DNA of 64,000 nt, from NCBI GenBank assembly GCA_030704615.1, contig CM060731.1, positions 73,098,001 through 73,162,000 of the forward strand, given 5' to 3'. Numbering within the stretch: position 1 is the first letter of the stretch; every line of letters starts with the position of its first letter. A program made the position numbers and the translations under genes. The notes beneath the pieces were generated by a model. That model was not told the DNA's origin. It saw only the letters and a list, made by a program, of their open reading frames with translations, and did not search any database. Below, piece by piece: positions 48,201 to 61,981 of this stretch. Source of the stretch: Takakia lepidozioides. Its lineage: Eukaryota > Plantae > Bryophyta.

Positions 48201-50330
48201 CCGGAGCAGTCCATTTTGCAAGTGGAACTGCGATTTAACCCCCCTCCTCAAGTCCTGCATCACGGACTTCGCCAACTCATCCTTCCGGCAAGCCTTCCGG
48301 ATCTTCCTTTGGAGCGCCGTCTCGCCCCTGTACACCAACATGAGCTGCTGCTTTCTACTTAAAGCATCGGCCACCACATTGTCATGTCCCGGTTTGTACT
48401 GGATATCCACGTCAAACACTGCCAAAGTATCTTGCCACCTAAGTTGTTTTGGGGACAACTTGGGCTGTGTGGCAAAATACTTCACCGTAACATTGTCCGT
48501 GAACACCTTCACTGGGTTGGAACCAATATAGTGGCGCCAAAGCTCAAGGCAATGCACCACCGCCTTCATCTCTTTTTCGTGCGCCGGCCACCGTCGCTCC
48601 ACTTCATTTAGTTTCTTACTTTCGTAAGCCACTGGACATCCATCTTGCATAAGTACACCCCCAATCGCGAAGTCCGACGCATCCGTATGAATCTCGAACG
48701 GACGATCGAACTCCGGGATTTTCAAGACTGGAGCTTCCGCCATCCACTACTTCAATTCAGCAAAAGCTTGGCCACAAAAGGTGTTCCATACCCAGACTTT
48801 GGATTTACACAGAAGGTCCGATAGCGGCCCCGCGATCTTGGCGAAATTTCTCACATACTTCCGGTAATAGGAGGCGAGTCCTAGGGTATCACCTCAATCT
48901 TGTGGTCAACTCCTCTTCGCGGTGGCAAACCGCTTGGTAAATCCTCCGGCATCACATCCTGGTATTTCTCCAAAATCCCCTTGATCCAATCTGGGCTCGG
49001 CTCCCCATCCCCTTCCCCCTTCACTTCTCTAATGTAGAGCAAAAACTGGGGCTCGTGTGCCTCCTCCATGGCCCACTCCCTTGCTGACAGAAGGCTTATT
49101 CGCCCTCCCACGGGTTTGGGCGTTTCTGACACTCGTAAGACCTTGCCACCATTCCCACATGGCAGTGTGACTACTCTCTTGCGGCCATCTATGACCGCTC
49201 CGGATTTGCTCAAAAAGGTCATCCCCAAAATGAGATCCACTCCATCGATCTCGCAGATGGTGAAGTTCTCACGTCCCTCCCAACTCCCCAGTTGAAGAGG
49301 AACATCAAATGCCAACCTTGTTGCCAGTTGTGGTTCTCCTTTGGCAGAACGCACCTCAATAGAGGCCCCCACGTCACTTGTCGGGAGTCCCAACTTTTGC
49401 GCCGCCGCCGACGTCATGAAGGAGTGCGACGCTCCTGTGTCCACCAACAACGACACATTAGTTCCGGATATTATCCCATCCACAAACAATAACTGACTCC
49501 CTTTACGTAGGGCGCCACTTTCCTGATACAACTCACAAGAATAGTTGCCTACCTTGCAAGTCATGGCGACCACCGCTTCCACCAAGCGACTGATGGTATC
49601 TTCCGATAGCTCCGTGGTTGCCCGAGTCATGTTCAATTGTCGAGGTTTTGTGCACTTCTTGGCCATGTGCCCGGGCTCCCCGCAATTGAAACACACTCCA
49701 TCAAAGGTGGTCTTCTGTCCGCCATAAGCCGCTCCACCCGCTTTTCTTTTCGAAGCACCGGGTACCGCCTTGACGTGTGAAGGCCCTCCCTTCGATTTCC
49801 ACGTGCCATTGTTGCCGCGTGGCCTATCCCACTTCTTTTCCAGTCGGAAGGGGTTACCTTCCCGCTGGATCTTCTTGTGGTTCAGCTCCGTATGGCCTTG
49901 TCTTTCACCCCTAGGGACATCCGAGAAACATTCAGCCCTCTCAATTGCCTCGTTCAAAGTCTTAGGTGGCTTCTCCTCCAACTTCCGCCTGGCCCATGGG
50001 GCCAGTCCCGCCACAAAGTTGAAGACCATTTCTGGTTCTGCCATGTCCGCGACTTCGAGCAAAAGCACATTGAAAGCCTGGACATATCCCCGAATGTCAT
50101 CTGTTTGCTTCAAATTCCTCATCTTGTACCGGGCAAGCCAGGACGCGTTGAGGGGCACAAACTGTTTCTTCATCAATTCCTTGAACCCACTCCAGTTCAA
50201 GGTTTCCGGGCTTGGACCTCGGTTGTGAAGGCGTTTTTGCCACCATTGTTGAGCATAGCCCCTCAAATAGGTGGGAGCCACTTCCACCCGATCCTCGTCA
50301 CTCAACTTGGCCGCCCGGAAGTACTACTCT
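45239..50330 (-). mobile_element. Chromovirus (Ty3/gypsy): 3' LTR 45239-45964, chromodomain-integrase, RNase H, RT core deleted, gag-protease
   Basis: YLVKWKGYHHVEASW chromodomain; GPF motif; SMDF/SDRG/GQTER integrase; HTDAS RNase H; LVDTGAS protease; CFNCGEPGHMAKKC knuckle; PPT next to the LTR. Confidence 0.95.
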
Positions 50331-50334
50331 AGCT

Positions 50335-51200
50335 CCAGGAGCTGGAAGTGGCATTAGAACACACTCACCTGGCTGGGTAAGGAGAACTTTATCCTCTTCG
50401 GGAACTCCAGCATTACTTCACTACAGTTGGACCCATCTAAATAGAAATGGGCTTTTCAGGATGAACTGCACCCACTATTCTCCTACTCGGCCAAAAAGGG
50501 CTATAGAGCTATGCTTGGAGCCAGACCTCTCATCTCTAAATGGGAAGATAGATGGAGTCACGAGAACTTCAACCAGGAAGACTGGAAAGGTTTATGGTCC
50601 CTTGTCTGGGAGAAAACAAAGCCGGCTAAGATTAGTGTTTTTTTATGGCAAGTGGCCAATAGAGTGCTCAAGGTGGGCCAATTTCTCAATTTCAATGAGG
50701 CACTCCTCTGCCAGTGCTGTGCCAATCAAACCATTGAAACTCTAGAGCATTGTCTTCTCCATTGTCTGGCGGCCTCAATAGTCTGGCCTTTGGCTCAAGG
50801 CTTCTGTAGGTCTTGGGACACCATGAGCTTTGGATCCTTGGAAATCCTTCTCAACTACAACCAGAGGCAGAAGACTAAGACCTCCAATTATCCAGTTTTT
50901 GGAGCCCTCAGATGGTCTATCCTCTGGAATATATGGAAGAGCCGCTGTGCCTGGGCCCTCAACAAGGAAAACACATATTCTGTCTCTAGTTTTCTTTGAC
51001 TTGACAATTGCAGCTAAAAAAACTTGGGCTTCCTTGTGTGCAGTGGCGACCAGGAAACCAGAGCGTCTACCAGCACTCATCGCTACATTCAGGGCTACCT
51101 GGGGCAATGGGCTCATTTGCACATGCTCCAGTAACCTCACCTGTCTTTGGGCGGACAGAATTCCACCTTCATGGGAGGGACACATGAATCCCCTCTCTTA
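50335..51200 (+). mobile_element. L1-type LINE ORF2 C-terminal fragment (zf-RVT-like)
   Basis: PAKISVFLWQVANRVL...CQCC...ETLEHCLLHC...ILWNIWKSRC. Confidence 0.85.
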
Positions 51201-52588
51201 GCCCCCCCTGAATTCAACAGATCCGAGATTAACTGGAAGCATGTTTGATCGTCTTCAATTGCCAGGCTCCACTTCCATCGCTAAATTCTCTTTTCTGCAT
51301 GCTATTCTACCTCCTGACTCCCCCTTCTTGCCCTCTCAACCCCCAGCTCTGCCCCGGTCTCTCTTCACGCCGTTCCGTTCTCACTCATCTCCTTAGGGCT
51401 CCAGCCCTATTCCCCTCCCAGGCTCAGTTTAGTCTACGCTCGACTCGAGTTGGCTTATTTTCATTTGTCTCTCCCCCAAACTGTTGCAACTCCTCTATAT
51501 AAGAGGTGATAACTCTATATTTTAGGCTAAATGCCTCTGAAAAATCTGTGGTTGTAGATAGGCCCAGGTAAATGGCTCTCAGTTACTGTTCTTAGTCATC
51601 CGGCACGGTCTCCGTGCGATCAGCCTTGTGGCACTCTAAGGGTTCTAATGAAAATGAGGGCTGGGATGTTTTTGGCGCTCACTGCTCATGTTGTAAAGCC
51701 TCGGATTCCACCTTGAGATTGATTCCTTTAGTTCCTGTCTGTAATGATAAAGTGACTGCACTAGTGTTGGTGTTGTTAACTAAGAGCATCTCTACCCTTG
51801 AGTCCGAAAAACTCCCTATGATGCCAAAGATACCGCGATTGATTCAGGCTTTGTTGAGTTCTGTGGCGAGATAACCCGACTCGAGCACACCCTGGCCCTG
51901 ATTCGCCCACGCTATACCCCGCGCAGCTCGACTCTCATGGATTCCCATCTCGGGTTCCCATTGGCAGGAGCCGGCGTGGTCGCTGCCAAGCTGCTGACAT
52001 ACGCTCTCTCACTTGGGCATGGTCACATTGACTTGTTTTCAGGGGCAGGTTTAGGGCCCTGAATACTGCGCTCGGGTTCAGGGCCCGGAGAGATATTTAG
52101 TGCCCGTCCTGAACGGGATATAATGTGCAGGGCAAGAGTAGGGATGTGTTCCAGCCCATCTTGACGTGGTATACCACTGTATTCCGTTGGTGTGTTGTGT
52201 TCAGTGTAGGGTGGAGATGCTGTAAGCCATGCTATTTTAGCATTATGCTTTGTCTTTTGATAACAATAACCTCATCTCCCCAGCTGGCACTGATATGTGA
52301 TAAAGAAGTAGTGTAATCATGGGACCCTTTAAGAGCAGGACACCCGGTTGTCCAGATTGGCTTCTATTTTATATATAAACAATGGGGCGTGTAAGCTCCC
52401 GACAGCGTTTTGTGTGCTAAACTGATGTACTAGAATGTGTGTGGATGAAAAGTGGTTAGACTTGTGGAAAAAATGATTAGAACCAAAGCTGCTAAGAAGG
52501 GCTCTGTGTTGAAAACTCAGTGTCATGCCATACTTAGTCACACTGAGGATGTGCCACCAGGTACAACCAGCCTAGTGGAATCAACCTT

Positions 52589-54758
52589 CACTATTGCATT
52601 GGGCAGGGGGGGTTAGCGACACCCCGACGACCTATCCGTGCCGCTATTTACGACGGAACTACTATACGGCGCCGGGGGCATCCTGCGACGTCGCTCCCGG
52701 AATGACGCTAATTAGCGTCATTGGGGGGTTGCAAACTCCCCAAGACCCATCGGAGCGACTTGCAACGTCCGGGCGTCGCAATAAAATAAAATAAAATGAA
52801 ATAAAATGAAATAAAAATAAAAAACCTTTTTTCTAGGACGTCGCAATTTAGGGGGGTATATTTGAATTTAGGTGAGAAAATTTGAATTTGAATTTGAATT
52901 TTGAATTTCAAAACTAGTTGACCATTGACTCCGCTTTGGTCCAATGGCAGTTGTACATTGTTCTACATATATTAGGCAATGCATATTTGAACCTTGGAGG
53001 TCTCTTGACTCTATTCATCAATCGCTACGCGCCTCCGGGCACTATGGTAAGACGTGAAAACTATGACCTCCACATTATAACATTTCTAAGACACTACACA
53101 CTAACCAATACATCTACGATACATCTATGTATCACAAAAGCAGTCTAAGTATATATGTACATATCAAGATTTCCCAAGTACCTTCTAAGGGGTCCCTCTT
53201 GTGACGTTGGAGAGTTGCAACCTCCGCAGCCTTAGTGCCCAGCCCCAACCCCAGCGTCGTTCATGCCGTTGCTGCAGCCCTGGCATCGGGCGCCCTCGCG
53301 ACGTTCTTGCGATAACCTAAGCTGGTTACAACATCCTAAGGGGTCTGAATCAATTCCCCCGCCAGGGCGCTGGGGGGAGTGGCAACGCCTTGGCGTCGCA
53401 CCGATTTGTTGCGATACCCCCAGGATGTTGCGACGCTGAGGGGTCGCAACCGTCGGAAATTGCAACCCCGAGGCGTCCCAGTTCTAGCCCATGGGGTCAC
53501 AGTCGCGGCAGCCCTAGCGACGCTTTTGCAACGGCGGGGCACCCCCGGCGATGCTTTTGCAACGTCGAGGGGTCACAATGCCCAAAAAAAAAAACGTTGC
53601 GACCCCATGGTGTCGCAAAAGCGTCACTGGGGCTGTTGCGACTGCGACTCCATGCGGTAGGGCTGCGACGCCCCGGTGTTGTAATTTTCGACAGTTGCAA
53701 CCTCCATGCGTCACAGCAAATTGCGGGTGCGATGCCAGGGCGTCGCAACTAGTGTTGGCCGGGTACCATGTTTTGAGCCCTCTTCCGATCCCGGTTATAG
53801 CCTACTCTTTGAAAAAAATGGATGGCCGGGGCAGGGTATACCAATAGGTTTAAAAAACATCTCGGTTATAGGTTCTCATTAATTTTTGTCCGGTTCTCAA
53901 TCTACCGGTTATGTCATCTTAAAAAATGCCAGTTCCATGGTACCGGTTATGGGATTCATCCACTATTATGTTTTTATTTTTTCTAGACTTTTTGTATATG
54001 TGTGTAAAACTACACAAGAGGGCCGTGGCCTGGTGGTACGCCACTCGTGTGTTGGCCTGTGGATCTGATTTTCAAATGTTCAACTCCTGTCATCTATCTC
54101 TGGGGGCTCTGCCATTGTAATACCCTAAGCTTACATAGTACAACTATTATTTTAGCCAATGCCCAACTAATTAATTTCCTATCTACTTGGACATTCTCCT
54201 TAACCATTATAAATGTATTGTAACTAGTAAGACATAACATTCCCCTCAGGATTTGTCCATCTGTAATGTTCTTAACTACCATCACCAGCCCCTACATGAC
54301 TTGTGTTATCTAGAACCGCCTCTACGACATCCACATTTGCTCCGGATCCCGGGTATAACATCCTTACAATCACGATGCCGGTTCTCTAGCCGGTTAGGAA
54401 GCTCGATGGCTTTTGCCGGTTCCCTTCCATAGCTGGTTCCTGCGGGGGCTACACTTTTCGGTTGTGCATATGTGCATAACCGGCAAATAACCGCCGGATA
54501 TGCATGTCCAAATGCCATACCCGGGCAACACTGGTCGCAACCCCCCAGCGCTGGCGGGCAAATGGGGTCAGGCCCCCTTTCTGGCGATGGCGTGGCATCG
54601 CAAGATGCCACAACGTCGCCCGAATACTGACATTGTGACGCCCCGACGTCTCAAGCTCAGGGCGGAGCCCTTGCGCGATACTGCAGTTGTTGTGGGGTCG
54701 GCGCGTCCGGCGCGGGGGTGGCTATGGGCGTCACTAATCCTCCCTAAATGCAGTAGTG
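52589..54758. mobile_element. Non-autonomous CACTA element
   Basis: TIRs cactattgcatt / aatgcagtagtg, 3-bp TSD CTT on both sides, dense subterminal gcgac/gttgc motifs. Confidence 0.9.
53750..54533. mobile_element. hAT-type MITE nested in the CACTA
   Basis: TIRs tagtgttggccgggta / tacccgggcaacactg, 8-bp TSD GTCGCAAC, subterminal ccggtt motifs. Confidence 0.9.
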
Positions 54759-55225
54759 CTTTAAAAGGATGCCTATAGCGCTTAAGAATGTGCAAGAGAC
54801 TGTGAGAGAAGAGTTGATGGCCTTTAAAGCTGAGACACACTAGCATAGTCCCAAAAATACTGCATCCACAAGAAATAACCGTGGCAAAACGAACACTGGT
54901 AACAATTATCAAGTTCGGGCAGCCTGTCTTATTGGCCACAGTACAAAACATTATACCAAACGTTGTCCCTTTGAGCTTGATGTTGATGACTTGATACAAA
55001 AGATTGTGGCCGAGAAGAAAGGTATGGCTCCTTTAAACGAGTAAGGACATCTGTAAAAAGGGGTTTAGGTGACCCTAACAAAAAGCCTCATATTTCTGCT
55101 GAGTACTACCTTACTTGTCTCTACAAATTTTAAGTTATTACATGCTGAAGTAGTGAAGGCTAGACAAAGGAAGCGGATCACACCCCTCATGACTCAATGC
55201 CATATGTCACAACGGGGGCTGAAAA

Positions 55226-55704
55226 TCCGTGAGCAGTGAGCAGTGAGCAGGTTTTGCCGAACATCACCGAACCGCCCAGACCTGTTTGTTGAACCACTTC
55301 CAGGTTCAGGATAGGTTTGGGATAGGTTCGAAGTTCGGGATAGGTTCGGTTTATAGAATATTTCCATTTTGGATTCCAAATGAGATTTTTACTAAATTTA
55401 TATTGCATATAATCCATCAAATATTGAAGGTTCGGCACCGAACACCATTTCATACACTTTAATTTTTTTAAGAAAACGTAGGTGCCAGCACTGTTCGGCG
55501 CCGAACAGTGCTATAGGTTTGAAAGTGGTCCGAACTGGTTCGGCATAGGCTCGGCACAAGTTCGGAAGAATATTCCTCCATAGAATATTCCTCCATATAG
55601 GCTCGGCATTGGTTTGGAAGAATATTCTTTGGATATTTGATATATTCCATGAATATTCCCTTAAGTTCGGCACTGTTCGGCAAAACCTGCTCACTGATCA
55701 TGGA
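55226..55704. mobile_element. MITE-like element with ~25-30-bp TIRs
   Basis: cagtgagcaggttttgccgaaca / tgttcggcaaaacctgctcactg; many gttcgg/ccgaac motifs; TSD not resolved. Confidence 0.7.
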
Positions 55705-55965
55705 GTTCTGCTCATGATAAATTTAACCTATGTGACAACTATCCTTTCAATGTATCATAAATACATGATGTACTATTTTTGCTATTGCACATAGTTCAGA
55801 TATTAGGCCTTAAATTGTTTCATGTTCGTGACGTAAAAGTTGCTATTGCTGATGGTACTTCTTACAACCCCCTTGGCTTAGTCACTGTATCCATTCAAGT
55901 AGGCAAATCAAGAACAACACCTCTGGTTGCTCCATAGAAGCTATAGCTCGTTGTAGCAGTCGCAG

Positions 55966-57060
55966 TGTCGCGGCCCTTTGCCTTGAGGGCAGGGGGTCGG
56001 GACACATGAGGGGCTGCCCCTGTGGTGGGGGCAGTGGCAGCGATAGGTACGGGGGGCTGAAGCACCCTTGAGTGCCCAAGGCATTCAAGGAGGCGGAGGT
56101 ACTCACTAGGTGGAGCCCCGCACACCGGGATGCGGAGGGGGTGGCTTCACAAAGGGGTGGTGGTAGCTTAGCGGGACTTATTGGGGGTGACATAGGACTC
56201 ACCTTGGGGCGGAGACCTCGTGGTGGGAGTCGTGGGGAGTCTTGGGACTCATCACGGTCCATGAGGGCCGTGGTGGGTGGGCCAAGACTCACCGCGACTG
56301 ATCACCGGGAGTCGAGGGGTTTCGTGGTGGTTCGCCATAAAATGGCATGGTTGTTTGTGAAACCCCCGCGGACAGCTACAAAAGTATATATAGGGAGTAG
56401 TAACCCCGAGAACGGTGCAAGCCCGTTGGTGACCAAAAACTAGTGAGTAAGCGAGCGAGCCGGAAAGCGACCAAAGAGTGGGGAGCTGTTCCAGACTGCC
56501 AACTACCAAAGGGAATTCCCGCTGGGCCCAAATCGGTGGAGGGTTCTTTGGGAGATCAAAGGGGGACCGTTATGCCCCGGTGAGCAGCCGAAGCTCCAAG
56601 TTGGCCCGGCGGCCAGGTTGGGAGTTAGGCGCGCGCATCAAAGCGAGTAACTATGACTTGAAGGGGAGCTTACCGAAGTGAGGTGCGCGACACTTGGTAT
56701 CAGAGCTTAAAGTTCAGTACGTGATCGTCCTTGGGATTGGCCTCATCATGGGGTCGGGCAAGCCAAAGCGAAAGCGGAACGGCCTAAAAGATGATGATCC
56801 TGGTGAACCCGATGGGGGCGACGTGTCACCGAGGCGGCCGTTTGAGGAAGCGATGCATGTTTCCGAAAACGAGGCCGCTCAAGAGCGGGAGGAATCCGAG
56901 GAGTCGGAGCCCGAGGAATCCCTGAGAGCTCCGACCGACCAACAGATGCCTCCCATGCTGGCAGCCTTTTGGGAAGGGTTGTTGGCGCAGTTTGGTGGGA
57001 CGCTGAAAGACGTGTTGAAGGCGGCAATAGGCACTGAAAGGTTGAATGGCTTTACAGGGG
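55966..57060 (+). mobile_element. 5' LTR (55966-56692), tRNA-Met PBS (56695-56706) and gag start of the same chromovirus, now inverted
   Basis: LTR is the reverse complement of 45239-45964; PBS tggtatcagagc; flank cgcag is the reverse complement of ctgcg at 45234-45238. Confidence 0.93.
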
Positions 57061-57064
57061 ATGA

Positions 57065-57763
57065 TCACTGACAAATTCTCACTGGGTTGGTATTGGAAGC
57101 TGGGAGTGATATAGGTTCATGGCTGGTGAGAGATAGATGTCCCGAAAGCTCATCTGCTTGGAAGGAAAACCCCTTGAGTGAGACCTGGCCAACTTCAGAG
57201 ATGTATAGATTTTCTAGTGCCTTCGAATTATTGATAACCCACTGATTGGCATGAACAAGTCCTGGGCCAGCTTTTAGAATGAGTTTCCAGGGATCTGGGA
57301 TTGATTGAATGATGAGGGAAATTCCAGATCGAAGACGGGTGGCCCCCAAAGCCAGGTGAAGAGATTGAAGTGTGCTTTCCCATAAATCGTTGATTGTGGA
57401 GATTCCCTTGGTCTCCCAGGCTGCCTATCTTTTGGCTGAAGCTCGGTCTTCCACAGAGGGGTCTGGATTGTTGAGGAACAGGTGCTGCCGAAGGGTTTCA
57501 TGGAAGGTATTAGGCTCAAGTTTCCTCAAGAATGGCCTGAGGCTGTTCCAAGCTTTCTAGATTGATGACCAAAGAGGGGAGCCTGGTGATTTATGTTTAA
57601 AGCCCTGAAGAAGCCAGCAGTTTGAGGCAGGCCACTGCACCCGTTGCAGAGGAGTGGAGGAGGATATTCTGGTAGAGACCATTAGCTTCCACAAGCCTCT
57701 GTCCGGCCCAATGAATCTAGGAATCCATTTCCCTAGGAGAGCCTTGATCTGCGTAGCCGGGCT
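57065..57763 (-). mobile_element. L1-type LINE fragment, upstream partner of 50335-51200
   Basis: Minus strand QIKALLGKWIPRF...SPLWSSI*KAW...IPDPWKLIL, typical of post-RT L1 ORF2. Confidence 0.7.
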
Positions 57764-60146
57764 TCATTTATAACTTAGTATGAAGAGAAGCCTTTTGAAA
57801 AAAAAGAAAAAGAAAAAGAAAAAGAAGCCTAATAATGCCCCAGCTACCGTGTGGCCTTTTGGTTTGGCCAGACGGCTCACATGACACGGCTCTAGCTGAC
57901 ATCCCTTCAAATCCGTTAATTTAAAATCTAACTGACTTTTGTGGACTTTCATAAGAGTACCAGTATCTTGTGAAAATTCAAACTTCTACCTAGAGTCAGT
58001 AGATGCCCGCAAAGACAGACAATGAGCATTAGTTCACGTTGGCGGAGTATGTAGCTGTTGGACAATTCACTTCCGGCAAATGTTGTCTGCAGTCTGCACA
58101 CCCCCGGATTCTATTTGTGAAGATTTAGAAAGCAAAATTGTTGATCCCACCTTTGCACAGTTGTTCCCAACCTCTAGGTATTGTATCTATCTGTCACGAC
58201 CAGATTTCTTCTCAGCGTCAAGTACGGCTGCTCGAAATCTAAGTTGTCTTGTTACTCTCAGAGTTTTCATGTTAAAGTCAGACTGGGCTCACTCCTCTAG
58301 TGTTTATAGGTTGATTAAATTCTCGAATGGTTCGTAATTTTTGTGCACTTTCTAGAGGCTCATTATGGACTCATAAAGTGCCTGTCGAAATCTAGCCACT
58401 TTACGTTCGACGGTTTGGCGAATAAATATAAACTATTCTTGTACGGTAAGGAATGGCCCCTCCACTAGCTACTCCAAGGGGAAGAGAGCTGTGAAAGCAC
58501 CGAGGAAATGTTGCTTTGCCGATTGGAGAGTTGCTTTACCTGACAATTTGGTAGTCAGACAAACCCTACGCCAACAGGAACACCTTCCTACCAATAAGCT
58601 CTCTCCCACTAAACCTGGATTCGCCTGGAATGAAACTTCGTCACTTTCCTCCATAGTTTAACACTCTGTGAAGTCTCCAGAGTGACTTGCAACTCAGAGA
58701 CTGCTTGTTTTCTCTTTCGGCAACAGAAGCCAAGTTGAAGTCAAGCTTGCAAGGCATACGTAGCTACGAGTCCTTCTACGCCGCCATCTCCCTTTGCTTT
58801 CGTATCGTACTTTTGTGGGCTAAAATTTCCCTCGCGCCTGCCTTCACACTTCACCACCACGACGATTCTCTCAAGAACCTCCTTCCCCTCGTGTCCTCTT
58901 CAAGGCCATACACAGTTCACGCCGACTACGAATACCTAGCATCACCCAGGTACACATACGTACGCATACATATGTACGCCCTCAACACCTACGTACGTAT
59001 GTATGAATAAGTATAGACGAGGATCCCTGTATACCCGCCACCGCCAGTCACCCTTATGACGTGTCCACGCTATCATGTGGCTGCTGGCACGAAATTCGGC
59101 CGCCGCTGTGTCTTTTCCCGGTCACCTTCTTTGGGGAGCGTGCCGACCCGGAACTGGAAACCTACTATAAATAAGTAGATAATAAATTAAATATAATACA
59201 GGTAAATATAGATACGGGAACCGAGACGCGGGATTGGCAGGGCATGTGGCGTGCGGAGGCTGAAGATTTGCCGTCGTCCGTACTTCCACGTGGCTCCTTG
59301 TAACCGGCTACCGACGATCCGATCCGGGATCCAACGGTTGCACGAAGAGGTCGAAGATAGACCGCCGCTCGCGGGAATGTATGTGATAGGCTGCTGCGGA
59401 TTGCATTCATTTCGTATTTTATTTTGTTTTATTTTGTTTAATTATTATAAAACTTCGAGAATGTGCTGAATAAGACCCTCCACCAACCGGGAGCATGATA
59501 CATGGGTGCATACACCCATGCATGCACGGGCTCGTGCTTTTAGTGTGAACCCCGAATTTGGCGCGGGCAGGTTACATGATTCCTGTCGACCATGTACAAG
59601 CCTACAGCCGGTGGCCGAGAACAGCGCACCATTTTATATGGCCACAGTGGCGCCGTCCCGATGGGTGACTGGCTGCGCAAGTTGTACTGCCGACGAGCCG
59701 GTGACAAAAGGTCAAACTGCTTTACTGGCAGGTAAGTTTCTGTTGGGCAGCGCAGCGCGGGCAGGTCCTGCAGCGTGGAAAGAGACAGTCTCCTGCTCTT
59801 TCGCTCTTTTGGATCATCACTCTCTCGGACTTGTTGATTCTTCGCTGCGCCATCGCTGTTTCTTGTCTGGAGATTGAGAGTGAAGAGGTGGAGAAAAGGA
59901 GTTTGTTTTGGCGCATGGTCGATTGGAGTGTGGTTGCTTGCTCTGTCGTTCTTGTCTTACTTGAGTAGAGAGAGCAGGGCGCATCTCCATGTTATCTCGT
60001 AGACGAAGGAGCTGCTTTTTTCATTTGAAGGAATTGGCAATCTCTTAAGGAGAAGAGGCTGTGAGGAATAGGATCGAAGAAGTGAATTGCTTGTTGGGGT
60101 TGAGGAGGAGAGGGAAGAACATCGGAGGGGGGGGGAAGCTTGGAGT

Positions 60147-61981
60147 ATGCCGAAGCCATGTGACGCTTGTCATGCGTCAAGCGCGGCTATCTACTGCCGG
60201 GCGGATGCAGCATTTTTGTGTGTAGGCTGCGATGGGAAGGTGCATGGGGCAAACAAGCTGGCGTCCCGGCATGAGCGAGTGTGGATGTGCGAGGTGTGTG
60301 AGCTAGCTCCAGCCGTTGTGACTTGTAAGGCCGATGTAGCTGCACTTTGCGTTTCATGCGACACAGATATCCATTCGGCCAACCCACTTGCCCGTCGGCA
60401 TGAGCGTGTGCCAGTCACTCCTTTCTTTGAGTGTCCGAGTGTTGTGAAAGGGGCCCGGGTTAACAACTCCGTTGCTGCAGCGCCTGGAACTGAATGTGGC
60501 GACTTGTTGAAGGAGGATGATGAAACTACCGCGGCTGAAGCTGCTTCATGGCTTCTCCCTCACCCGAAGCCCTTGGGCGATGAACTTATCAAGGAAAGCG
60601 CGACAGGTGTACTCTAACTTCCATGCTGGTTCATATCTATAGGTGGTGATGGTGATGCGCCGCTTGAATTGGCAATTCAATCGTCTTTGAACTCCAGTTT
60701 CTGGAAGTTTAGTTGGGAGTTCTCCATATCGGGAGAGTTCGTGTACTGTTTTTCAGTTGGGTATTCGGTGGAGGAATGTGTTTGTTAATCATGCATACAC
60801 GTCTTCTTTGTCGGTTAAGCCTCTTAGAAATCGTACAGGTTAGTCCTGCTAAGATTTTAGTCCTCTTATGTACCGGCCTGTCATTTATCTCCGAAGCTCT
60901 CTGGAGATGAATGCCCTCCTCTTCCACTGTTTCTTAAAGGAGCACACCCGTGTCATTATAAGTTGCAGCAACTCGTCCTTCTACACCCGTCAATTACGCC
61001 ATACTATGTTCTCGTCTCTGGCCATTAACTTACAGTAAAGTTACATGGGCTTAGTTCTGTTACGTTTGTTCTGTCTCAGATGGTTCCCTTCCGCCTTCAC
61101 CATATTTGGAGCAGGAGTACAGTTCAAAGGTGCAAAATGACACGGTCAAGGCCAAGGCCAAGGCCCAGTTGCGCAATGCTAATCTCTTCGCTGATGTGGA
61201 TCCTTACCTGGATTTAGACTATGCCTCTGCAATGGGGGCTTCTCAGGGACCAGCTGATAGCTTGGTACCGGTACACAGCCCCGAGACCCCTGATCAGCAG
61301 TCGCCTCCCCCATCCCGGGCTTCGTCTTATGAAACGGAGCTGTCGGGGAAGAATGGGTACAACTACGGCCGTCCCTCTCTAAGCCACAGCGTAAGCCTCT
61401 GCTTTCCTACTGCTGTTGGAAGGTGCCGCCCTATTGTTAAGTCTGTTTCTATTCCGCAACCTTAAGCCATGTAGCATTGCAGTGTTTCCCTCACAGGGTT
61501 TCTCTTAGAGTAGTGGAGTAGGTCTTTCAGGGCACCCTCTTTCCTCTATCGCCAGGATAAGACTACCTTGCTTTGGCAGACATTTGGAGAGGCTGTTAGG
61601 CAATGTCCGCAAAGCAATTAATCATGCTATTTGTTTGTACTATGGCAGCTATCTTCCTCATCCCTCGATGTTGGAGTGGTTCCGGATGGCAGTTCTAGCG
61701 ACATTGTAACACCTTTCCAAGGGGCACTTGAGTACCCTCCCCCTGTGCTGCATGTGGGCCATATGGAGCCTATGGCACGGGAAGCTCGGGTGATGAGATA
61801 TAAAGAGAAAAGGAAAACCCGCAAATTTGAGAAGACTGTCCGCTATGCTTCCAGGAAGGCCTATGCGGAAAGCCGGCCAAGAATCAAGGGAAGGTTTGCC
61901 AAGCGGACTGATCCTGAAGTGGAGCAAATGTTTTCAGTCGATCCTGAGGCTAGTTTTAGTGTTGTGCCATCCTTATTATAA
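60147..61981 (+). CDS. COL: CONSTANS-like protein (two B-boxes and CCT); exons 60147-60606, 61080-61390, 61649-61981
   Basis: CDAC...[27 protein letters not shown], second B-box [59 protein letters not shown], terminal VVPS; in-frame GT-AG joins. Confidence 0.95.

Noticed and set aside
51860-52125. GC-rich segment with small hairpins, possible SINE or ncRNA
   Set aside because: No clear Pol III A/B boxes, tail or TSD.
59050-59300. G-box/ACGT motifs upstream of COL (tgacgtg near 59057, ccacgtggc near 59286)
   Set aside because: Plausible light-response elements, but short motifs cannot be supported from sequence alone.
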